NCBI GenBank assembly: GCA_964016885.1
Contig: OZ024754.1
Span: forward strand, 28,954,001-29,018,000
Reading direction: 5' to 3'
DNA length: 64,000 bases
Source of the DNA: Eledone cirrhosa
Taxonomy: Eukaryota
The notes beneath the pieces were generated by a model, which was given only the letters and a program-made list of their open reading frames with translations, did not search any database and was not told the DNA's origin. The translations under genes and the position numbers were made by a program. Of the stretch, positions 37,431 through 52,227 are shown in pieces. Position 1 is the stretch's first letter, and the number at the start of each line of letters is the position of its first letter.

Positions 37431-38024
37431 TGGTGCTACTGGTAACATGTATCCCAGTACAACCTGTCTCATGGTCGGGTCGTTGGCGACTAAACTGGCA
37501 ACCCCACCAAGGTTTCTTGGTGAGGAGGGTGACTTTGGACATCCTGCAGGACTAAAAACAAAACCTGTCGAAGGGCAAAGGAGCTCTTAAGAGTCAATGG
37601 CCATCCGAAATCACTGGGAGAGATGACCCCTTAGCCTTTGTTAAGGCAGAATTCTAAGAGAAGGAAAACTCTGATATAACACCTGCAACCCTGATGGTAT
37701 CCAATGATGTTGACTTGTTCTTCTTTTTGGTAAATATCATCTTGGTTAAGAGAGTGGGACTGGCTTTGTGCAGTGCCTTTGCTCACTATAAAAGCTTCAC
37801 AGCACAGGCATTGCTTTATATCTGGAGATCTCTCTGCACTTGTCATCACATGGTACCATGGGCCCAGCACTATGTGTCAATAATTGTCACAAGTGTAGTG
37901 TTTGTACCAGAGTTTTCAAGTCGCTGGCTGGACTAAAAAGTCACACTCGTTCAGCGCATCGGTAGGGGTTCTCCTACATGGATATAAAGTAGTGGCCGTA
38001 CTCGAAAACGAGTTGGCAGCCACC
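37431..38024 (+). mobile_element. Unclassified ~600-bp non-coding retroposon, possibly derived from an RTE 5' UTR
   Basis: Non-microsatellite island between TA tracts. Truncated copies at 29573-29892 and 31118-31150 share its 3' end. Contains GAGAAGGAAAACTCTGA. Confidence 0.55.
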
Positions 38025-38045
38025 ATATATATATCTATATATCTA

Positions 38046-38130
<85 letters not shown>

Positions 38131-38187
38131 GTATCTATATATATATATATATGTATGTATCTATATATATATATATATGTATGTATC

Positions 38188-38220
<33 letters not shown>

Positions 38221-38245
38221 ATATATATATATATATGTATGTATC

Positions 38246-38308
<63 letters not shown>

Positions 38309-38341
38309 ATATATATATATATATGTATGTATCTATATATA

Positions 38342-39847
38342 TATCCCAGTCTGTTGTCCCAGTTTTCAAAAAGGGAAACAAATCCCTTGCCGTGAATTAC
38401 CGTCCAATCTCACTCACCTCTCATATCATTAAGGTATTTGAGCGAGTGGTGAGATCGCGAATGACCCACTTCCTTGAGAGTAACAATATGCTGAACTCCA
38501 ACCAGCATGGATTCCGTAATGGAAGGGATTGCCTGACGCAACTACTGCATCACTTTGATGACATTTTGAGAGCCTTGGGAGAGGGTTCCAACACTGATGT
38601 TATCTACCTTGATTTCAGCAAGGCCTTTGACAGGGTTGATCATAACATTCTACTGAGAAAGCTGTCCAATATTGGTGTCACTGGAAAGCTGCTGCAGTGG
38701 ATCAAGAGCTTCCTGTCAAACAGAACCCAACATGTTGTAGTTGAGGGAGTCAAATCAAGCCCAGCCAAAGTCAGTAGTGGAGTCCCACAAGGCACTGTGT
38801 TGGGCCCACTTCTCTTCATCATCTATATTAATGACATCACTGACATCATCAAACACAGCAACATTAAAATTTTCGCTGATGATTCCAAGCTCCAAAAGGT
38901 CATCAATGGCGTGGATGACCGGATAAGCCTTCAGTCAGACCTACTGGCTGTTACCCAATGGGCAGAAAAGAACAACATGCTACTGAACGAAGACAAATTC
39001 GAACTGATCCACTTTGGAAAAGAGGATGCTCTGAAACTCCCGTACTCCCTTCCCTCCGGGGAAACTCTCGTGGCATCTAACAACATCAGAGACTTGGGAG
39101 TAACCGTGGACAGCAACATAAGCTGGACCACGCATATAAGCAGCAAAGTTGACATGGCCCGCAGAATGTGTTCCTGGATCCTCAGAACCTTCCAGTCGAG
39201 AGATTCCCGCACCATTATCCTTCTCTTCTCTACTTTCGCCCGACCACACCTTGAATACTGTTGTCCACTGTGGTCTCCCCACACGAAACAAAGTATCATG
39301 AAACTTGAAGCTCCTCAAAGGGCAATCACGAAAAAGATAGATGGCATGTCAGACCTTGACTACTGGGGTCGATTGGAAAACCTGAAACTTTACTCACTCC
39401 AACGTCGCCGTGAGCGTTATATTATCTGCATGATGTGGAAAATGTTCCATCATCACTGCCCAAATGATGTTGGCATCGCCTTCAAGATACACCCAAGGCT
39501 TGGGCCCCGTGCTATCCGTCCCATTCAAAAATCTAAATCGCAACTCATAACAACAATACGGCACAATTATTTCACCTCAATCGGCCCTGCTCTCTTCAAC
39601 ATCACACCAGGACACGTCAAAACAGAAACTGACCACACAAAATTCAAGAAGTCTTTGGACAAATTCCTCCAAGTAATCCCGGACAAACCACCCACACCCG
39701 GATATGTCTCCGCAAACAGTAATTCTCTTCTCGAATGGGCCATGGTGCCCAAATCCTGAATTGAAAGACTTCGCCAGGTGGTGCTATTAAGTTAGACATG
39801 GCCTGGGCCAATACTGGCCAAAACATTTCAAAGTTATTCAAAGTTAT
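38342..39847 (+). mobile_element. CR1/L2-group LINE, second 5'-truncated copy
   Basis: Near-identical inverted copy of 34396-35890 with an open RT frame to 39759. Confidence 0.92.
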
Positions 39848-41313
<1,466 letters not shown>

Positions 41314-41440
41314 AAAGTTTTATTTAAAATTGTTGGGTTACAACAAGTAAATATTTTATAACTGATATAAAGCACTCAACAAGTTTAGGAGTAGATATAC
41401 GATATTAAACAAATGGAAACTATATTTATAAAACCATATT

Positions 41441-41506
41441 TATTTCATTATACATATTTCGGGGATACCATATTAAAAATATGGCATGCCTTCTACAGAT
41501 AAAATA
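41441..41506 (-). ncRNA. Hammerhead copy in the inverted pLTR with a core substitution (CUGUAGA)
   Basis: Identical to 45031-45096 except A>T in the core. Confidence 0.6.
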
Positions 41507-41762
41507 CAATATATAAACAGTTTTATAAATAATTTTGACGTACCATAAATATTGATCAACTTTTATGTAAGAAGTTGGTTTGGTAGTGAAATGTTTATAA
41601 ATATTTAGTGTTAAGCACAGTTAAAAAGAAAGACGGAGAAAAAGAAGAGATGTATGTAAAGAAAAACAGAGAGAGATAGGGGAGAGAGAAATAGTGAGGA
41701 GGTGAAAAAAAGAGAGCAGCTGAGGCAACAGATGAATAATAATAATTCATCATCCAAATTGA

Positions 41763-43386
41763 AAATCTGACCTGGGTAAACTTAGCAAAAACATTCTAGA
41801 CAGGGTGATACAACAAATTAAAAACTTACATAATTTACCTAACTTAAACTTATGGAAGGGGACTGGTGAGGTTATTGAGTGGTTTAAAGAAATTAAATAT
41901 AACAATAATAATAAATTTATTCAACTGGATATTGCTAACTACTATTCATCTATTACCCCTAATCTACTGAATAAGGCACTCAATTACGCATTCAAACATA
42001 CAGACCTAACTAGCAATGAAATGCACATTATATTATCGGCAAGGAAAACATTGATAGAATTTAATAACCAACTATGGACTAGGGCAGATAGAGATAATAA
42101 TTTCGACATTACTATGGGATCATCTGACTCAGCTCAGGTAACGGACCTTGTGGGCCTATTTATAATTAATTCGCTGCATAGAAAAATACCTGGTGTAACC
42201 GGAGGATTATATCGTGATGACATGCTTTTACTTATTGAAAATAATAACTCTGAACTAAATAGAAAAAGAAAACAAATTATACAATTTTTTAATTACCTTA
42301 ATCTAAAAATAGAAATAGAGAATAACCATAGAATAGTCAATTTCCTAGATGTAACACTAAATCTCAACACATGTCTTCACTATCCATTTCACAAACTAAA
42401 TGAAAATTTGAATTATGTCAATTTTAACTCTAATCACCCCAGATCTGTTAAAAATACTATAGTGAACTCTGTTCAAGAACGTATCTCAAGAATTTCATCT
42501 AATAAAAATATTTTCGACGAAAAAGCGCAGTATTACAATGAAGCATTAGCTAGAGCAGGATATAGTGATAAAATTAAGTACACCGATAATAATAGGCAAA
42601 CTAACCAAAATAATAACAATTTTAATTACGGTAACAACTTTAACAACTATAATAGAAAACATTACAATAATTCCAAAAGCCAGAAAAGAAATAGAACTAG
42701 AAATATAATATGGTTTGCCCCCCCCCCCCCCTTTCTCACTAAATATTAAAACCCACATTGCTAAACTATTTTTTAATGCTCTTGACAAACGCTTCCCTAG
42801 AACACATAAATATCACTCAATTTTTAATAGACATACTATAAAATTAACTTACTCGTCCACCAAAAATTTAGCACAAAATATTAACAGAATAAATAATAGG
42901 AATCTAAAACCTAGCCAAAATACCGATAATAGCCAAAACAATATTCAATTAAACAACTGTAACTGTAGAAATAAATCTAAATGTCCGTTAAATAACAATT
43001 GCTTAGTTAAAAATATAATATACAATTGTAATGTTAAAACTAACTTAAATTCTTTTAACTATGTTGGTTCCACCTCGACAGAATTTAAACTTCGCTACAA
43101 TAATCATAAAAATTCTTTCACAGATCCAAACAATAAATCTCCAACTTCACTATCAGGCTTACTCTGGCAACTTAAACATGATAACGTTGGGTATTCGATG
43201 TTTTGGAATATTGTCTCAAGAGGGATTCCTTTTAATTCCTCATCTGAGACATGTGACCTCTGTGTGGAGGAGATATTCTTTATATTAAAATCTAAAAATT
43301 CCCTTAATTTAAGGAGCAATTTATTCAGTTGCTGCAGACATAGATTGAACTCAACGTTTAAATATAAATATAAATTTAAAATGTAG
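41763..43386 (+). pseudogene. Penelope RT-GIY-YIG coding region, 5'-truncated, frameshifted in a poly-C run (~42718-42731)
   Basis: KSDLGKLSK, LDIANYYSSI, MGSSDSAQVTDLVG, YRDD, WFAPP / CNC..CPL..C, IIY..YVG..FKLRY..H, C..C..E, CRH. Confidence 0.9.
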
Positions 43387-43933
43387 TATAATTAGTTAAG
43401 ATATTTAATTAATGTATGAAACCTGACGATAAATCTTTCGATTCCTTCAACTTTTTCTTTTAAGCCTTCTTCATAAATATATACTAATGATGTAATTAAA
43501 CTACCCTAAAATGTAGATGCTCCCAATCTATTGAATAAATGTTACGCTAGATAAACTTCTATACTAAATATAAGAGCATCTGTAGAACAACAGGGTCTCC
43601 TAAATCTTTTAAATGATTTCTGCTAAATAAGTTTTGTTGAATAATTTTTGGTTTTTTGTTTGCTTTTTGATTCTGATTGCTTCTAATGAACTTGGCAATA
43701 TATTGTCAGATAAATTGGAAGGGTAGATTTCTGTGGTTGATATGGGGTGCATACTGTGTTTTTTATGGCCCGAGATACTCTAGGGAGTGATGAAAATATT
43801 TTTAACGTTTTGATATCTCTGTGCTGATATATTAATATCTGGTTGTCTCTGTACAAAAGCCATATGTATTAATATGAATATGGAATGATTACAGAGTATA
43901 TTTTATTTTATCTGTTTATTTTATCTGTCCATA

Positions 43934-43975
<42 letters not shown>

Positions 43976-45030
43976 GGTATAGCTCTGGATATGTTACAGA
44001 TATGTATAATATTCTATACATGAACGATAATCATGTATGTGAGGCCAGGAGTATTAATATATATATTTTTATGTATATATGTATATTTTTTATGTATATA
44101 TGTATATAGTAAAATCTTTTATAACACAAGGGAAAAATTTTTTTTCTGTGAAACTAGAAATTACAGAGTTGATCACGTAAGATCATGGGTATGTCTATAG
44201 TATCAACTAGAACTTGAGATGACCTTCTCTTTCTTTCCTTTTCCGGAAAGTACATATATACTTATATATCTCCGTATTTTTTTGAAGTTTTATCTCAGTT
44301 TTTGGTACATCGACCTCAGAATTTTAAACTAAACATATGGTCATTATTTTTCACACATTATATATCTATGTCTCATTCATGAATATTGATATTTACATTA
44401 TAATACCCAATTCATATGAATTGATAATTCAAATTGATAGGACATAACGTAAAGATGTAAATCTATCATCCCTCTCTCTAGATATAGCTCTTTCCTCTCC
44501 TCCCTCTTTATATTTGATGAAGTCTAAGTATCGGTTATTTTAACTTTGCCTCTCGACTTTCTCTCTTGTTTTCTCTCTTACTTCTCTCCTATTTCTCTCA
44601 CCTCCCCATATATAATAATTATTATTATTTGGTCTACCTCTTTTTCCCCCCACCTCTATCTTTCTCTCTCTCTCTCTCTCTGTTTTCTCTTCATTTTTTG
44701 TTTCTCTCCGTCTCCTTAACACTATAACTAAATAAGTACAGTACTCCCTCCCTCCTAAATCTCTCAATTTGTATGATGAATTATTATTATTCATCTGTTG
44801 CCTCAGCTGCCTCTCTTTTTTTCACCTCCTCACTATTTCTCTCTCCCCTATCTCTCTCTATTTCTCTCTGTTTTTCTTTACATACATCTCTTCTTTTTCT
44901 CCGTCTTTCTTTTTAACTGTGCTTAACACTAAATATTTATAAACATTTCACTACCAAACCAACTTCTTACATAAAAGTTGATCAATATTTATGGTACGTC
45001 AAAATTATTTATAAAACTGTTTATATATTG

Positions 45031-45096
45031 TATTTTATCTGAAGAAGGCATGCCATATTTTTAATATGGTATCCCCGAAATATGTATAATGAAATA
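45031..45096 (+). ncRNA. Type I hammerhead ribozyme in the 3' pLTR
   Basis: Stem I TATTTTAT/ATGAAATA, CTGAAGA, stem II ATGCCATAT/ATATGGTAT, GAAA-T-ATGT-A-TA. Confidence 0.78.
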
Positions 45097-45136
45097 AATA
45101 TGGTTTTATAAATATAGTTTCCATTTGTTTAATATC

Positions 45137-45195
<59 letters not shown>

Positions 45196-45231
45196 GTTAA
45201 AATGATCAAATTTTAGTTTAGAACATTTATT

Positions 45232-45278
45232 TGCTGACAATTGTTTCTTCCAGAGGGAAGTCTGGAATCATCGGAGCA
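45232..45278 (-). ncRNA. Hammerhead-like motif with variant core
   Basis: TGCT-CCGATGA-TTCCAGA-cttccc-TCTGGAA-GAAA-CAATTG-TC-AGCA. Confidence 0.65.
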
Positions 45279-45605
45279 TAAGGAATGTCGAAACATGTAA
45301 CTAAAATCCCAGTCATTTAGAACATTTAGGGTACATAATTGTTAGTGTCAAAGGCATCATGTGGAGAATCAGGAGTTAAAAAGATGTTCTGCTTGAAAGA
45401 ACACAATTACAGGCAGGACTGGTTGGAAGTGTAATAGGTATAAGTAAAAGGCACAAGCCAAAAAAACCACAAGCTAAAAAAACAGGCAAAAAATTATGTT
45501 GTACAATGAATTAAACAACATAACGGTTCACCAACAGCTTAATAACTTGTTTGCTTTCAAGAAACCACTGGTAAATGAAATAATTATCTTATGTTGTTTA
45601 TTACA

Positions 45606-45640
<35 letters not shown>

Positions 45641-45842
45641 TATACTATTCTATACCTTGATAAAACAACAACAGTAAGGCATTCAGATATTTACTTAAAG
45701 CTTGAATGTGGCTTGTTTTATATCTGGAATAGTGGGATGTATTTCTGAGGTAAATCCATTAAATAATATCCATAGGGAATGAAACACATGTAGATCAAAT
45801 AAATAATGTATTAACTGTTGAACTTGGTGACCTATTTCTTTG

Positions 45843-45875
<33 letters not shown>

Positions 45876-46451
45876 CTGTTGGTTTGATTATTCTAATGAA
45901 TTTTCATAGTGGAGAAAAAGATTTGCTTTTGTTTTACCTGAATGAATTTATTATAGAGAACCATATATTCTTTGTAGTATTCATTTCTTTGCCAGATTAA
46001 CCATTGTTGGTTTACTCATTATTACCACAGACGAGTGAGCATGTCTGTTAATATTACTTACACTTTATTTTACAACAAATAAACAGTTATATAGCATAAA
46101 CATCCTTCTTCCTTTGTAAACCGATCTTCTTTTATTGTCTTATAATGACTACATTGATGCCTCATTGTTACACATAGTATTGTCAGTTGTTTAGATGTTC
46201 TATGAACTTTCCTTCAACAATCCCTCCTATTATTCCTGCATTGTTTTTCCATCTTCTACTTTGACTATCTCATTTCCCCTTTCTACCAATAACTCGATAT
46301 TAACCTTATCTACCACCTCATCGTCTCTTCATCCCTGACATGCTAGAAATACTGTACACACACAAGCATACTCTCTCATACACATACACAGTCATTCATA
46401 TATAGGTTACAAAACATAGATACAGATACAGACACACATATACAAACATCC

Positions 46452-46496
<45 letters not shown>

Positions 46497-46632
46497 TAAA
46501 TATGCATGCAAACATCCATATATATATATATATATATCTCATACACACACACATACACAGTCATATATAGGTTACAAAACATAGATACAGATACACATAT
46601 ACAAACATCCATAAAAATAAATATATATATAT

Positions 46633-48708
46633 AATAGTTGCTGAGATGCTGAAGGCATCTGGTTCGGTGGGACACACCATGGTCACCCGGATAGTTAACC
46701 AAGTCGTACAGAATGGGATTGTTCCGAAGGACTGGCGTAGCAGCATCATCGTTAACTGCTATAAGGGAAAAGGAGATGCCCTAGATAGGAGTAACTATAG
46801 AGGCATTAAATTAATCGACCAGGTCATGAAGGTCACGGAAAAAGTAATAGCGCAACTAATCAGAGAGAGAATTGATCTAGATGAAATGCAGTTCGGATTT
46901 GTGTCAGGCAAAAGTACCACAGACGCTCTTTTCATTGTACGACAACTACAGGAGAAGTACATAGCTAAAAGTAAACCCCTATACTTAGCTTTCGTCGACT
47001 TGGAGAAAGCCTTCGACAGAGTCCCCCGTTCCATTATCTGGTGGTCTCTTAGAAAACTAGGTGTTGACGAATGGCTTGTGAGAGCTATACAAGCCATGTA
47101 TAAAGAAACAGTCAGTAAGGTTAGAATTAACAACGAATATAGTGAAGAGTTTAGCGTAAAAGTTGGTGTCCATCAGGGCTCTGTTCTTAGCCCCCTACTA
47201 TTTATTATTGCCCTTCAGGCTATAACAGAGGAGTTCAAGACCGGCTGCCCATGGGAACTCCTATACGCAGATGATCTAACGCTCATAGCTGAATCAATGA
47301 CCGAACTAGAGAAGAAATTCCAAACATGGAAGCATGGCCTAGAATCAAAAGGCCTTAAAATTAACCTGGCTAAGACTAAAGTTCTAGTTTGTAGGAAAGA
47401 AAATAAGGCGGCAGTCCCATCTGGGAAATGGCCATGCTCAGTGTGTAGGAAAGGCGTATGTAGAAACTCCATTTTATGTCCCAAATGCAAAGTACGGGTG
47501 CATAAAAGATGTAGTGGGATCACAGGTAAGCTAACTAAGAACATAGATTTTACATGTGGCCGGTGCTCTGGTGCAATAAGTAGCAGCAAGTGCCCACAAA
47601 ATACTAGCTCCTTCAACTGCGCAGAGGGTTCTATAGAAATAGTGGACAGCTTCCGTTACCTGGGTGACAAAATCAGCAGTGGGGGAGGGTGCTCTGAAAG
47701 TACAGTAGCTAGAGTCAGAACTGGATGGAAAAAGTTCAGAGAGCTTATACCACTATTAGCCGCTAGAGGGTTCTCCCTAAAAATGAAAGGCAGGTTATAC
47801 GATGCCTGCATACGAACAGCAATGCTGCATGGCAGTGAGACCTGGGCATTGTGTGCAGAGGATATACGCAGACTAGAGAGGAACGAAGCTTGCATGCTCC
47901 GCTGGATGTGCAATAGTAATATACGTGAACGGCAAAGCATAAACGAACTAAGGAAAAAATTAGAAATAAGAGGGATCAGATGTTGTTTACTCGAGAGAAG
48001 GCTACATTGGTACGGTCACGTGATGCGCATGAAAGACGACAGCTGTATAACAAAGTGCAGGGCAATAAAGATAGACGGTAGCCACGGAGTAGGCAGACCC
48101 AGAAAAACATGGGATGAGCTGATAAATTCCGACCTCACACGCTTACACCTCTCCAAGACAATGTCACTGGACCGAGACCTTTGGCGGTACTCAGTAATAG
48201 AGAAGACCCGCCTTACCTAAATACAAAGTAAAAACCTACTACAGTCAGTAGGCATCTCTATCAAAACACCACCCCCCCGTCCCACCACCTCCACCCCATC
48301 CACACCGCCCCTTTCAATGTAAAGTTATGTTGGTCCCACAACATCCAGGCCGAAACAAATGAGATCATGTAGGTGTCACGACAAAAAAACACACAGTCCA
48401 CGCTGTAAATATGGCCGTGTAGGCAACACGGTAAAAACCTCCCAGCACCACACTGTAAATGTGGTTGGTGTTAGGAAGGGCATCCAGCTGTAGAAAACCC
48501 GCCAGACAGTCCACGCTGTAATGTGGCCGTGTAGGCAACACGGTAAAAACCTCCCAGCCCCACACTGTAAATGTGGTTGGTGTTAGGAAGGGCATCCAAC
48601 TGTAGAAAACCCGCCAGACAGTCCTATGCGAGCAAGACAACCACTCTTGCCTCAAGTGGGAAAACCCCCGTCCAAACCCATGCAAGCGTGGAACACGGAC
48701 GCTAAACC

Positions 48709-48738
<30 letters not shown>
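46633..48738 (+). mobile_element. RTE-clade LINE subfamily A, 5'-truncated
   Basis: 524-aa open ORF 46646-48220, 3' UTR with an internal duplication, (GAT)n tail. Confidence 0.95.
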
Positions 48739-48739
<1 letters not shown>

Positions 48740-49959
48740 ATACACACACACACACACACATAAATATGCATGCAAACATCCATCCATATATATATATATT
48801 ATTACATATACGACAGCTCATTTAAGCTATGGAAGCATGGAAAATAGCTGTTAAAGTATGATGATGATGTATTAGGTAATTTAACTTACTTTTTCTATCT
48901 CTGAGTGTTGCTAATATAAGTATCAGTAATATATTGTTGTTTAATTCAATTGGCTATACCTCTCATATAGTCAAACCGATTCTCCTCCTTCTTATCCCCC
49001 TCATCATCATCTTCCACATTGTCCTCCACTTCCTCCTTATCATCCTCCTCCACCCCTTTGCCTCTTCATCTTCCTCCTCATCGCTCCCTCCCCCCCTCCT
49101 CCTCATCATCACCATCATCATCATCATCATCATCATCATTTAACATCCATTTTCCATAAAGAAAGAAACAAATATACGAAAAATATACCAATTAAGCTGA
49201 GTGAGGAAATATTTTCGGAAATTCACTTTTCAAGAGCATTGAAAATTAAGATTCTATATTGTATTCTTGTTGCCAACTTTCCTACAGGCATTTTGGTGCT
49301 GATGGACACAGACGTATGAGGTGATGAGTGAGGAAAATATATTAGAATACCATTAAAAATAGATTGTTTTGTTATAAGCACTGGAATCTACATAAATAAC
49401 TACATTTTCCTAAATTATTTCTACGAGTTTTGAAGAACTATGTGACTCTTTCAGTCAACAAAACCGAGATTGTGATTTTTGTTTTTGTTTTCTGTTTGTT
49501 TTTGTGTCATTTTATGCCAATAGTGATTATTGGTTAAATATGAGATTCAATACCTCTAGCTGTATTTATCAAACAGAGTGCCAGAACACTGACGAGTAGT
49601 GTTCTAGTTTACTTTTGTTTATCAAACTGCCAGAAACAAAATTGCTTATTTGAACTTTTAACATCCTGTACTACATGGAACCACATTTGCTAGATCTTCT
49701 TGAAAAGTACAAATCAGAACTATGACTGTATCACATTAAAAATGAAAGTCATTACTACTACAAATTTTTTACAACAATCTATCCACATATAAAAATACTA
49801 TAAATATATGAATTAACAAACCTATTTTTAAGATATTTTTTGCTAAATCATTGCAGGATGCTAAGTGTCCATATTTATCTAAAAGCCTTTCATCATAATT
49901 TTTTGTGAGAATCTTTATATTCCAAACATCAGTTTAATAATGAGAGTGCTATATAATTA

Positions 49960-50285
49960 GAAGGTGCATTGGGCTTGCAATCAGGAGGTTTTGAGTTTGA
50001 TTCTCAGACTAGGTAATGCGTTGTGTCTTTGAGCAAGATACTTTATTTCACGTTGCTCCAGTTTTACTCAGCTATAGAAATGAATTGTGGTGTCACTGCT
50101 GCGAAGCTGTATCAGCCATTGCCTTTCACTTGGACAACATCTGTGGAATGGAGAGGGGAGAGTGGTATGTGTGGGCAACTGCTGGTCTTCTGCAAACAAC
50201 CTTGCCCAAATCTGTGCATAAGTAAAAAAATTTTCTAGGTGCAAATCCCATGGTCATTTGTAACTGAAGGGGATCTTTACCCATT
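49960..50285 (+). mobile_element. SINE with family B head and CORE-like segment but a different 3' part
   Basis: GCATTGGGCTTGCAATC...CTTTGAGCAAGATACTTTATTTCAC, then an unrelated 3' half. Confidence 0.65.
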
Positions 50286-50407
50286 AAATAATTAAATTCC
50301 TCCAAGTTCTTGATTATTTTCAAAATTATTTGAAAATTATAAGCAGTATCTTTCAAAGGGTTAAGTAAGAAAAAATACATTAGATAGTGTAGTTTTAAAT
50401 ATTCATA

Positions 50408-50637
50408 TTAACCCTTTTGATGCCAAACTGCTTGAAACTGCCTCTGGTTCTGTGGTACAAAACTTTGTTTTAAAGTGTTTATATTTATCTTTAAATCATA
50501 TTTTTTTGTAAGAATTTTGATTTGTTCCAAACATCAGTTTAATAACGAGGAAAGTTAGCTAAATCCATGCAAAGGTTTGATTATTTGAAAACCATAGTCA
50601 GTGATTTTCCTGATAAATATGGTTATGAAAGGGATAA
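50408..50637. mobile_element. TTAA-flanked MITE family 2
   Basis: TTAACCCTTTTGAT...ATGAAAGGGATAA. Related decayed copies near 1575-1880, 53670-53915 and 58430-58643. Confidence 0.6.
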
Positions 50638-51637
50638 GATATGATGGTAACGCTCAAAGACCTGCTTGACCTTGGTTTATTTGGACTGTAACAACTTCGT
50701 TTTAAAGTTTATCATGAAAGGAAAACTTTTTGGGGGGAAATGAATACACTTTCAGATTGAGAAAATGTAAGAACTCACACATAAAAGATGAAGTATATAT
50801 TCTTTTTATTTCCTTCTCCAGATGTCACATTTACAGATGAGCTATATACTATGTGACATATTAGACATGGCTTAGAAAATAATGACACAAAATACTAAAT
50901 AATAAAATTAATCTAAACATTATTATTATTAAAAGACTGATCATTTTCATAATGCCAGTACAATGTGGTAGAAAAATACAAAGGGCAAATAATGACAAAA
51001 CAGAACAAAGTAATGTTTTACCCAGTATATTTCAACATAATATTTCAGGGCTAATACCCTCTTTTCAAATGAAGAACACATCGATCATTCATTTTGTTTT
51101 AAACTGTTTCAACTTCACATCTGAAATATCATGTTGAAATATTCTGGCTAAAACATTACTTTCTTCTGTTCCATTTATTATCATTTACCCTTTGTATATA
51201 TCTACCGCATTGTACTGGCTTTTTAAAAATTATTGGTTTTTTATTACATACCTCACAATGCTTCGTATTAACTACACTACTTTATTATTATTATTATTAC
51301 TATTATTATTACTATCTACATTAATGGTTCATTACTCCTTGTCTTGTGTGAAAAATAAAAAAAGAGGCCAATTCCATTATTTTCACCCCAAAATGTAAAT
51401 CGGCAAAAATAGACAGATTATGACCTTTTTTGTAGTGAAGTATATCTACCTAAGTGTTCCTGGCATTCAACTATTCAGTAAATTACTTTCATACCTTTAT
51501 AACAAACACAATTATCTCTTCATTGGTTTAATACCTAAAAAAACTGATGCATCAATTGTATACCACTATTGCAAACAGCTACTTTGAGTTCAGTAGATGT
51601 GGTGGTGGTGGTAATGGCTTTTTTATACATTAGTATA

Positions 51638-52179
51638 CTGTATATACTCGCGAATAGGTCGCACTTTTTTAACGCTAAATAAGTATAAATTTTGGGGGTG
51701 CGACCTATCCGATCAACATCAGACTGACCAATGATTTTTCATAGCCTTAATCAACAATGGGTATTTATAAAAATAACTTTGTTAATATTTTTTATTATTT
51801 AACATAATAATTTCATATATCTACCTTCTTATACATATATTTCTTGATTTTAAATTTTTTACTAAATCTTCGTAGTGTTTACGTTTTTTTCTATCTGACC
51901 GAACCATCCGTCATTAAAATCCATAGAAATGCATACCCGAGATTTCGATGACGTTTAAGTTTATTTTATAAATGAAACATGGTTTGGAGTATATATCGCA
52001 ACGGCGAAGTAATGGAAAGCTAACAGATTATTAGTTTCAATTATCATAAACAATAGTAGTTTGACGGCCCAAATTTCAGTGCGACCTATCTGCGAGTCAA
52101 TGGCAAATAGCCTATTTGTTAAATGAAAAGTGGGTATGCGACCTATCTGCCGGGACAACCTATACGCGAGTATATACGG
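51638..52179. mobile_element. Tc2/pogo-like non-autonomous DNA transposon
   Basis: TA flanks, TIR C(T/C)GTATATACTCGCG(A/T)ATAGGT, internal TGCGACCTATC repeats. Confidence 0.8.
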
Positions 52180-52227
52180 TAGGTTTTATTTAATAATCTC
52201 TTCAGAACTATCTTTCTCTTATATTTA

